Assembly (NCBI GenBank): GCA_030141605.1
Contig: JAQGDQ010000045.1
Span: forward strand, 248,001-312,000
Direction: 5' to 3'
DNA: 64,000 nucleotides
Source of the DNA: Tubiluchus corallicola
Taxonomy: Eukaryota; Animalia; Priapulida
The notes below the pieces were generated by a model. That model did not search any database and was not told the origin of the DNA. It saw nothing but the letters and a program-made list of their open reading frames with translations. A program made the translations under genes and the position numbers. Shown here piece after piece: positions 12,201 through 24,200 of the stretch (within the stretch, counting starts at the first letter, position 1; each line of letters starts with the position of its first letter).

Positions 12201-15200
12201 CAGTTTGTCAGATGCTGAGCAAATGAGAAGAGAACACGAACAGTTCCAAAATGCAATTGAAGTAAATATCATGCTGATTGTTTTTGTATATTGCACTAAG
12301 TGTACGGCATGAGATAAAAGAAACTCCAACAAAGAACACATAATACATATTATGCTAAAGTATGTTTAATTTATTAAGAAAATTTTCGACTTGTTTACGT
12401 TTTCCTCTTCAGACATTTGCATCTTTGAATGACTCAAGGTGAGAGCATAATGCATTAAAAAATTTGCACTAATAAATTAAACCTTAACCTTTTTAGTAGA
12501 ATATTTGCTATGATGTTTTTCATACAGAGTTTTTTGCACTTTATATTAACTAAGATTGTTAACTGAATATGACCAATTTGACTCGTGTTGCCCAAGGTGG
12601 TACTGAATAGCTCGCTGTTAAGAAACAGAAGAAAATGTGATTTATTTATTGATAATTAGCAAAAGCCTGCAAAACATTGAATTATAATTTATTTACATTT
12701 CTTTAGCCTTTTAATGGTGGCAGTAAGCTAACTGGTATTACTTGTATTACTTGCTAACAGTAGGTTAGTTTAATAAACATCTAAAGGCACACCTAAAGTT
12801 ATTAATGATTTAAAAAGAATTGTAATGCATTCTATAATTCTTCTAGTAAGAAATTACCAAAAAAATGTGAAAAAATACCCTAAAATGGTGATTTTCCCTT
12901 CCCATTTCTTTTGTTTGTTCCAATTTGATTGTTACCTTGTTGAAAAAGAAACCATCAGTGAGTAGAAGCGAAACTGAGACTTTTCATTCGATGTAAAAAT
13001 AAAAATTACATGAAATTTTTATCGTTCTTGTTGAGAAAATACACGTGACACTGACAGAATTAGTATAAATTGGATTGTTTGCTATTTGTAAAAGATGACA
13101 TTTAAGTTAAATATTCAGTAATGCTGATTGCTGATTTTACCAAAAAGCTTGTTAATAAAATTCTTTTGTTAGCTAATAAAAGGTTAAGAACAAAATATAA
13201 ACAGGTACTAATGCTTTTCTCAGATTCGTAAAAGTTTTATTCTTTTTTGTTATTATTGCTTGATTCAAGTCAGCAAGTACTGCAATGAATGGCTACTTTT
13301 TTGTGTTTAAGGGGACGTTAGTTTACTGGCTCCTCAGTACACCTAAAAGCCCTTGTAATAGTTTATTAAACTAAGTGTGATTAAATTTGCGATGATTACT
13401 TCATTTTTAAGCATGCTTAGTAGGGTCCTATCTCTGCAAGTCGGAGAATGTTAAAAACTTTAATATTCTTTTCAGAAAACTCATTTAAGTGCTGTACAGA
13501 TACAGCAGCGTGCGCAATCTATGCTGAAATCTCACCATTACGATCTAGAAGGAGTTCAGACTGTAGCTGATTCGGTTTCCACAAGGTGGCAGCAGCTGAT
13601 GGCTAGAGCTGACGAGCGACATAAGCTGGTGACTGCTTCTACAAATTTTTATAAAACAGCAGAACAGGTACACTCAAATTTCGTTACTTAATAATTATCT
13701 GTTGTCATTTTTTTGAACCTTTGCTACTTAAAAATTATCAGTTGTATTATTTTTATGACATAATGTCAGAGCTTGTAAATGATTTTATTTTTTTCTGACC
13801 TTATCAAAATCTGTTTAAGAAAATTTATCTATTTTCCTAAATAACGATAGAATTGTTCTGGCTTGCAAATTACGTTGAAAAATATGCTGCCACATTGCAG
13901 TGTTCAAACGTGCCTTATATTTTATTTTTGTTATATCCATTTAGCCAAAGACGTAATGCTTACATGAAATGTTAGCTCATTTGGTTAGCCATTGTCGAAT
14001 ATGAAGATTCCTGCAATTTTTTGAATTTTCAAGTACATTGCAATTATTTTGCTATTAAAATAAACTGTGGTGAATAATGGATATCTCACTTTTTATAAAT
14101 TATGAGTAACTACCTTTTTTCCATAAAAAATGGTGAATAATATTGGTGTCATATGTTTAAAGGAGTGCACGAATTTTCTAGGTATATTCAGTGCTCGAGT
14201 CTTTAGAAAGAGAATATAAGCGAGATGAAGACTGGTGTTCAACAGATAAATCAGGCCAAATGGATAAAGCAACACTTATTTCTCAATTGATTAACAAGCA
14301 TCAGGAGCAAAAAGAAGCTTTTCTCAAGGTACTTAGTTGGCTTTGATTGTCCCGCAGTGATAGTATTGGCAAGAAGTTTAAACTCGACAGCAAAAACGTG
14401 TTATGTTCAGGAGAAGTTACTGGACCAACAGAAAAATTACTTATTCAAACTGCAAGAGTAGCTTGTTAATCATGAATTCCATCTACTAAAACTGAATGTG
14501 TCGTATATTATCCAGACCTGTTAATTTAGTCGCCCTGGTGATTTCACCGGTTGTGCGTAAATAGCAAATAAAAAGTATCTAGTAGTACCAATAGCTGATA
14601 TGTTTGCCGTTTTAGTGGGCAAATGTTAATCTAGTGAAAATGTAAGCACATAGTGTAGCTGATGTGATTACCATAACTGATTATTTTGCACATTTTATTT
14701 TGTTTGTGGAAAACTTTGGAGTCACTCTTATTATAAATTATGGTTAAACAGAATGCATAGGTGGTAATATTTACCTGTTTTATTCTAGGCATGCACACTT
14801 GCCAGGCGAACTGCAGAGTCTTTCCTGAAGTATGTACACCGAAGTTTGCACAATACCGGTCAAGATGCTACCAAAATGAGAGGGCCGGAACAGAAAGTGC
14901 AAGGTTTAATGTCTCACTGTGTTTGTTTTGTTGTTGTTTGATGTATGTGTTGTTACAATTATGAGATGAATCTTGGGTGTTAGCAGATTCTTAGCATCTC
15001 AAAATAGCATAGTTATGGTTAGGTAGCCACTAGCTAGAGATAGATAATAATCAGGGGGCTGATTCACAAAACTTCTTATGAACGTTTTGTTCGTAAGGTA
15101 ATTCATAATAGCATTCTTAGACTTGTGATGGAATTCACAAAGGTTTTGAAACTTAAGAAGGTTACTAAATGCGATCGTAACTTTACAAAAACAAAAAAAT

Positions 15201-18200
15201 TCTATGAAAATTCTTACATACATGTTGTTGAATCCGGCCCCAGATATGTACAATTGCCCATTCTTTATGGGTCTCCATGTGCATAAGCGGATGTCAGTAT
15301 GGTAAGTTGCTTTAAATGTTCTGAACGTACTGTGACTCATATAATATAATTACGACTAAAATTTTGTCTTAAAAAATGTGAGCATTAGCTGACCCTGTTT
15401 ATAAATTAATCTTATCTTTCACTCTAACGAATTTCACTTTGTATAGTTATTGATATTTAGAAAGAATGCTGTTATGTTGAAAGAAGGTTTAGTTAAATAG
15501 TGTTTGGTTAAATAGTGTTTCGGCTTGACGAGAACTTAAGCACATAAAAAAGCTTGGATGTTTTGTTTTAAAATAATTTTGATGTTTATATGAGTGAATT
15601 TATATATTGTAGCCACTTTAGACTGGTTGCTTGAACAAGAAAATAAGGTCTTGGAAAATTGGACAACAAAGAAGAAGAAATTGGACCAATGCCAACAATT
15701 TGTCTTGTTTGAAAGAAGTGCTAAACAGGTTTGTAGCTGTTTGGCTAATAAATAGCCATTTACACCAGATCTGCAGCATTGGTTTTTAGAAACTACCTTG
15801 AAAAAGCTCGTGGATTTTTATTGATCAATTGGACATTTCACATTATTCTAGTGCATGAATTCTGAGAAAATGACTGTCAAAGGCACACAAAAGGACTGAA
15901 ACATTTGAAATTTATATTGTTTTTGTTAGCAGGTTAATGCATAGAACTTAACAATTATCAAACCCGAGTTTGTCGTTTATTATGTATACAGGTTCCTATG
16001 TACGGTATGAAAGCTACTAATAACTTGTTTACAAACCCATTTTAGTTACATTTATATGAAATCACTCATCAAACCATTGCTGCTTGTATTCATTCAACGT
16101 ATTGATTATGGATGCCTTTGCGTAGACATGCAATACAGTGTCGTTGATTACTACTCTAAATGAGATTACAGCTCTTAATTATTCCCAAATAAGTCTCACA
16201 AATACAGACACAGCTCGTTGTAGTCGCTCAATTTCTCCGTAATAGATTCGGAGACATGTATTACTGACCGCCTAGAATTGGCTCGACGGATTATTACCGA
16301 GGTCCATTTCCAGAGTTAAAGTGAAAGCTTTATTACTTACAGTGACGACTGGAAGGGTAGCTGTTATCATGTGTGTTCAAAGTTTTCCTTTATATATGTT
16401 CTATATTAAATCAGTTTCAAGTTACTGCTCCAGTATAACAATTTTTTCCACTAAAAAACTGACATTATAGAAATAAAATATTTTTCTCATTTAAGGGCTT
16501 TATATTGGCCGGCATCAGTTTTGAATAAAAAAGAATGATCTTAACAATGATAAAGTGATAATGGTGATCAGGAGCGTGCTGATATTCATTGAACAACACA
16601 AGAAAATATGCTTCTACAACTTAGAATCTTAAAAGAGAAAGCAAATTAATAAGTAGGAGTACATATGTAAAATTATTTAATGAATTAAATGACTCACTGG
16701 CAGAATAACACACTTAAGTTACCCCATTTTCGTTTTTTTATCTATTGTTTTGATTGTTTCAGGCTTTGGAATGGATTCATGAAACAGGCGAAGGTTACCT
16801 GTCTACTCATACAGCTCCGGGAGAAAGTAGAGAAGAAAACGAAGAACTCCTGAAGGAACATGCCGAGTTCAAAAATGCAGCCAAGGTAGTTTACGTTAAT
16901 TTGCTTTACCATTAATACAATGAGATATAAAACGTCTGTACACAAATAGCTCAACATGGAAAAATAGAGCTTGTGAAAGGTTTGATATCTTTGTTTATAA
17001 TACAAATATGTGTTGCTCTTGCTGGCAGTTGGTGCACTGTCATTATTACCTAAATATTTTTTTGCCGCATCATTTAATTACTTTAGTTTCTTTGTGAATA
17101 TCTTTGTAATGCATTTTGGCTTCTATGGCATTTTTTTGGCAAACAGGAAACAAAAGATAAAGTAAAACTGCTGATTCAATTAGCTGATAATTTGGTGGAG
17201 AAGGGGCATGCACATGCCTCCAGTATTAAATCTTGGGTGGCTGCTGTAGACAAACGATACAAAGATTTCGCCTCTCGGATGGATAAGTACCGGTACAAAT
17301 TAGAGGAGCAACTAGGTTACCCACAAGTTGATAAAGATGAGGTATGAACACTCGGTACTTTTTAATTTATTCAAATTTATGTATCTATTCATGTTTTACA
17401 TGTATTATCATTGTCCCGTGTCTGTGTTTTCTTTATTTGATAATAGCAAGCAAAGAATTCACTGCTAAAGATTGCTGGAGTATGATTTTTATTTGACTAC
17501 ACTATCCTTGGTAAGTAAAAGTGATTTTATAACAGAAATTTTCATTTTTAGTCTAATCACTATTTGCTACCCTCTGGAACAAGTGACACATCTGACCTAC
17601 ACTCTAATCGTGATAGTGACCCATCCATAGAAGCAAAACTTAAGGAAGCAAGTAAAGAACTGACTGAAGAAAAGAGAAAGTCTGCACGAAGGAAAGAATT
17701 CATTATGGCAGAATTGTTGTCAACAGAGCGTGCATATGTACGGGATCTAGATCAGTGTATAAAGGTATCCTTAGGCTACTGATTTGTATACCTTAAATAT
17801 TTTAACGATACTGATCTTTTTACTAAAATGCTCCATAAATTTAATTGAATTTCACTATTTACATGTATGAACAGTGCAATATGCTACCTTGTTGCAGTAA
17901 CAGCATTAATTGTTTTTATTGCTTTTTGTTGTGTCCCCAAGTTGTACAGACAACAAAGCTGTGTGATTTAGCAGTGTGAAGTGAAATTTTGGTTGTTGAT
18001 GCATTGTAATTTATGGCATTTTAGGCAGAGTTACTTCTTGCCACTCCTTTTTTGTGAATTCCTTTTTGTAGATAAACAGGTATCAACAGCTATTATCACA
18101 TTTTATTGCAAAAGTTTTTGGGCGTTATGTAGTTTGTTGTAATGTTGTATGTGACATGTAATAATAACTCTGTTGTTGTTGCTATCTGGAAATTTCTGTG

Positions 18201-21200
18201 TCCGAAATTGCAGAATGTGCAATTAATGTCCAACATACAATATTAAAAAAACCGCATCTTATAAATAAAGGAGATGCAAAAGGTTAAGCACTATTCTTAC
18301 GTGTGTGTGTGTGTGTGTGTGCGTGCGTGCGTGCGTGAGTGTCACCTGATGTTATACAGACGTAGTTTGCTAATATGCAGTTTTTTATCATTTAGTTTTA
18401 TCTAAAAGAAATGAGGACTGCTAGCGAAATACCAGCAGGAATCAAAGGCAAAGAACAAGTTTTGTTTGGAAATATCGAACAAATCTACAAGTTCCATAAC
18501 AGGTTTGCCACATTACATTTGTGTTTGCGAATGCCATTGTTTAGGAACCTCTGTAGCATGACCTCAAAATCAGTTTTCCAGTAGATGCTTTTAGCAATTT
18601 GTTATTTATAAAAATATTGTTTTTTCATCTTTATTAAACCTTACCGTGTAGCTTTTTCCACGTGCATTCCAAACATTTGTTGTTTTTAGATATCATTAAA
18701 ATGTCTAAATAAATATGGTGGTTATAATTATGAGATGATTTGTCTGGTTGGTGTCCATGAAGTGTAATAATGGAAAATTATAAAAAAAATCATTGTGTAT
18801 TAATGTTTTCAAAGCCACATTATATTAGGCCTCGAAAATGATATTAAATTGGATTTGCATGTGCTCACTTTTTATATTTTATTATTTACTAACTATGGAG
18901 AAATTTAGGGCAAATTAAGGATTTAAGTGTACATAAGGCTATCAACAAGTGTACATAAGGCTATCAACAAACAAAGGGCTAAAATGTATAGGCTGTACAC
19001 AACTATACCTCAGTTGTGCTATACTGCTGAAGCTTAGTCACACGGAATGTTTCAAGCCAAAACTGTATCATCTTGGTTAAATATTAGGTTAAAATAAAAT
19101 ATCAAACTCATGCACAGATCAAACTGCCATCATACTTCTCAGAAACTATTAAAAATGTTGTGAAGCTGTTCTTCAGTTTTCTGTATAAGACTTAAGCAAA
19201 GATTTTCTCTTTACACATGACAAATGGAAATTATTTTGTTTGTCATTCTTTTTCGCCTGGGTTAAACATAAGGTGATTTGCTGTTCATCATTGGAGGCTA
19301 CCTGTGATGATAATGTGGAACAACGAAATCTGAAACAACGAAAAAATATGCTGTACATAGTGTTTACATGTGTCTAAATAATATGTGCCAAAAATACCTT
19401 GTGTGACGTGTTCAAATTACTTATGTGTCCCATATAGTGACAGTGATCAAGTTTCCTTTGTGGCCAAGACTACTTGTGTCCAATTGTTTTGTGGCAAAGC
19501 ATCCTATGTTCAAAATTTGTGAGTCTATAGTGTGAAATATTATGTGTACAATATAGGCTTATTTAGTGACTCAAGTGTCTACTAGCAATGCACAAAAAAG
19601 TTGAACAAATATACTTGTCTTTAGCATGTTATCCTGTTACTAATTAACATTATCCCTGTCTAATTGGTCATCAATCTCAGGCCTCCAAGATTGGACTCCA
19701 AGGCCTATCAGAATTTAGGTCTTAAGGCTACAGTCTTATTGGCCTAATAGCTAATCTACCCCTGAGAAATTTGATACCTGGGTTGTTTCTGTAGAATGCA
19801 ATTAACATTTAGTAAATATTGTAGCCAGTGACATTGTAGATATGTGAGAGATCAAATTTAATACTTCAATCCTGTGAGTGACAAAAACTTGAAAATACAT
19901 GGTTTTTTGGTGGATAAAGAAAGTGCTGCAACTAGAAGGTGCTTAGGGCACTGATATACCCTAGGATGAGCAAGAGAGTGTTAAATTAAATAACGAAAGA
20001 AATCTCAAATGTCTTTAAAATAGCCTCAGGTTTTTTCAAGAATTACAGTAACGAAGCAGAAAAGTGCAACGTTAATTTTCAGCTGCTTGATTCTAGTGCT
20101 GACTGAAGCTTTCGACAGTTTGCATGAATATAAGCAAAACCCCAAAGAAGAGTATGGCATTTTCAGCATTGTCTTTGTGCCTACATTCAACTTTGTGACT
20201 GAATACTGAACCAATAACCACTACATGAAAACATCATACTTTGCAGGAAGCATTCACATATTGTCAATCTCAAGTACAGTCATAATGTAGATGCACTATA
20301 GCTTAGATGGTATGTGTGTTTTTCCAATTATTTTTTAGTATTTTCCTGCGTGAGTTGGAAAAGTACGAATCTTTGCCGGAAGACGTCGGCCATTGTTTTG
20401 TCACTTGGGCAGAAAAGTTTCAGATGTATGTAACCTACTGCCGAAATAAACCAGATTCCAACTCGTTACTTGTGCAGCATGGAGGAACATTTTTTGATGT
20501 AAGAAAAATTTTCCTTGTATTATATTTTTAAGGTGGTTCAAAGCTTTCACAGCATATGTTTTATACGTAAGAAATAACGAAATCAACAGTAGTTGTAACA
20601 AAGCAGATAAAAAATTTATTTAGATTATATAGAAATATTAAAAAGTGCCTTAAAGTAGTTTAGTGTTACAAAAGGTATTTTGCATGGAATACTATCGTTG
20701 TTGTCAGCAGCATCATAATCATCATATTCATAACCATCGTCTATCTGCATCGTCGTTGTCTTCATTTTGTCGTGTAAAATTTATGATGAGTAAGTAATAA
20801 TTCATTTGCATGTAATCATGCATAATTCATCCTGCATGTACATAAACTCAACATGGTCACTTAAATCTTATAAAGCTTTGCATCATTATATTTTGCAAAG
20901 CACTAGTTTATCAGTATAGTAGTATAACATAGTAAAATGTATAGTATCAGACACAGTACACAGAATCATGAGATAGAAATTTCGTTCTAACAATTTCTGC
21001 TAGTTGATGGTTTGATCGTTAAATTTTACCGTTTTATTTTTGTTGCAGTCAATACAAGGACGATACAACTTGTCGTTATCTCTTGCTGCATATCTGATTA
21101 AACCGGTTCAGAGAATAACAAAATATCAGCTACTTTTGAAGGACTTGCTCAGCTGCTGTGAAGAAGGCAAGGGTGAGATCAAGGTAAAGTTTTTTTATTA

Positions 21201-24200
21201 AGGGAAATGTATTATCTTTTTAATTTGTAAGTGTTAATGAAGGTAATGAAGTTGCTCAGATCTATATGTGAGTTTGCAAATACAGAGTATAGAAATTTTT
21301 ATTATTCTTAAGAGATAAAATCTCTAAATTTTTAAGTGTTTTAACACTTTTATAATGTAATTGCATTAGAAAAGGTCCTGTAGTAGTGTCATACGAAAGT
21401 CTTCTTTTAGCTTGCACTTGCTAATCATAGAAGTGTAATGTGAAGATTGGCAATGGAATTCCAGGGAAAATTGCGTTGTGATTATGTTTAATTACTGTTG
21501 GTGGTCGAAGTTAAGAATGGCTTCGAGGCTGGTAAGTTAATCATTGGGTGAACTGCTTAGATTCTGCTCTGAGCAATGGACTGTTTCATTTCTTATGCTG
21601 ATCTGGCTGCCTCTCACACTACAGAGAGGATATACACACATTGGAATGTGGCAAGATACCTCTGCCAGTTAAGTGGTTATCTTTGGGGATAGCCTTGATA
21701 ATGTCCTGGTCTCCTTTCAACCATCTAATTTAAGTAGGACTGGCCATTGAATGCTGGATTCTGGCTTACAGGATTCCGAATTATAAAAAAATTAAGAATT
21801 AGTCAGCAATATTAATATATTAATTTACACTGTTTCCCCATGTTTATGACACCTTGTGTTATTTTGTTGCAATAAATAAAGGAGTATCTAATCCTGCTGT
21901 TCAGTATCACATCAAATTTGATTTTCATGTATTGTAAATTTTACTTCTCATTTTTATAGGATGGCCTTGAAGTTATGTTGAATGTACCAAAGAAGGCAAA
22001 TGATGCCATGCATTTGAGTATGCTTGATGGGTATGAGGTAAGTAGGTTAATACTGCCAGGAAGTCACACACCATTTTAGAGTGCAATGAGTTGATGCTCT
22101 ATAAATAACTTTGAAAATCGCACAGTCTAGACAGCATAACATAGTTACTATTACTTACAAACATTGTGACTAATATTGTGCTGAAGATTACAAAATTTCT
22201 ATTTTCAGGAGACGCTAGAGGCACTGGGAGAAGTTATATTACAGGATAACTTCACTGTCTGGGATCCTAAGCAGCTGATCAGGAAAGGAAGAGACCGACA
22301 TTTGTTTCTCTTTGAAATGTGCCTCCTGTTTGCTAAGGAAGTGAAAGATAGTAATGGCAAATCAAAATATATTCACAAGAGCCGGCTAATGGTAAGTTAT
22401 TTGCCGGAGGTTATGTGTGTGATTTTAGTGCTGGTGGGTATGTCTGCAATTTTGCGATTACCAATACCTTAACAGTGTTAACACAACTCAGTTTACAATC
22501 TCATTCCATATATTAGAAAATTTAAATATAGGACCTGTTTTATTGCTTATGGTGTTGTTACTACCATTGCAATTATTTATTCTTACATTGCTGATGGTGT
22601 TTAAATAATGTCGCATTAAGAAATTTCGTTAAATTGAGGTAAAAGTGGAAGCAATGTTCCTAAACTAGGAGCTTGAAATGGGACATCTAGCTTACGAATG
22701 TCTCTAATTTGTCCTTAGCTTATGAGCATCTCTAATCTGTCCTAGCTGGGAAAGAACATTTGAAGTGCTTGTTGCTGCTCCCATTTTATATCTTATAAAG
22801 TAAAAGAAGCATTGTAGTGGACAGATTAGATTATCAATTCTAATGTCGCCATTAACATGGTCAATTATAAAATTTGTTTTCATTTAATTAAAAAGAAAGT
22901 TTTCGTTTGGGAACTGAACTTGAGTTCTTCTGAGCTGTATAATTATAAGTGGCCAGAGTTACCAAAGATATTTAACAATGAGTGAATTACTGAAAGGCCA
23001 AATACTAAGTTATGAAATCAGGTAGTGAGAAAGCCTTTAGAGCAGTATATTGTATATGCATTTTGAAACTAGTTTAATGACATTGATTTAGAGGTAGACA
23101 TTTAGAGGTGATCATAACTATTAATTGATAAATGGGCCTTGCTGCCGATGCTTAAACTTCTTGTCACTACAGTATACACGAATAGTTTGATGCAGTGTTA
23201 CATCTGTGCTAGTTGGACGATATAACTGTACTGTGTACCACTTGCATGTTGACAGGCATAGTTTAAACAGATGCCGGCATATCTCACTGTTGTGATCCGA
23301 TGATGTTAATGTTATCCAACCTACATTTTGTTTTTGTTTTTTTAAGACATCAGAGATTGGGATAACAGAGCATGTGGAAGGTGACGAATGCAAGTTTGCC
23401 TTATGGACAGGTCGCACACCTCTTCCTGATTACAGAATAGTATTCAAAGCTTCGTCTCTTGAGACAAAGCAGACCTGGGTGAAGAAGCTGCGTGAGTTGA
23501 TACAGGAACGAATGCAGTTTAATCTCACGGCCGGTATGTTATCCACAATTGTGCTTTTGACAGATTATACAGACAGCAATTGACTTAACACGACTTATGA
23601 GACTTATGACTTGTCAACTTGTCAACAACGACTACTGCTCACATCTGTATATGCGGATGGTATTTTATATAGAAGTGGTATGGCCTTATTATTTAGGTCT
23701 GACTTACGTCCAAATCACCTTACCGCAGATCAGTCTAAAGATTTGGAACCAAATATTGTCAGAAGACGAATGGCTGTCATGCCAGAAATGTCGTGTTGTA
23801 AAGTTAAGCATGTTAAGAACTTTCCTTGTGTGACCAAGCATGGTAGCCAAACCTACGCCATGGTAGACAAACCTACGCCGTGGTAGCCAAACCCACACTA
23901 TGGTAGACAAACTCACACTATGGCACACAAATCTACATGATGGAAGCCAAACCCACACTATGGTAGACCAACCCGCATTCAACTATGTGGGAACTACAGT
24001 TCATTGGCTGCTTGATCTACTAGCATGTTTGCAAGACTATTTCTTGCAGACATTACTGTAAAAGAATGCCAGCATGTCATAACTGATCGCTAACGCTTTT
24101 CCTGGTGAAATCATTATTTTTTGGGGTCATCTTTGCTCTGTTTGTCCATTCATGGGTTACAATACAATCTGTCTGTCAACAATAAGATATATTGGTTTCA

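Noticed and set aside
16060-16330. Possible very old L2 3' fragment (WMPLRR, TALNY)
   Set aside because: Similarity is too weak to call by eye.
18375-18395. Alternative acceptor ATGCAG at 18380 for exon 22
   Set aside because: It would introduce an in-frame TAG at 18393-18395.
23840-23979. CRISPR-like periodicity
   Set aside because: Units are contiguous with no unique spacers, there are no cas genes, and the context is a eukaryotic intron.
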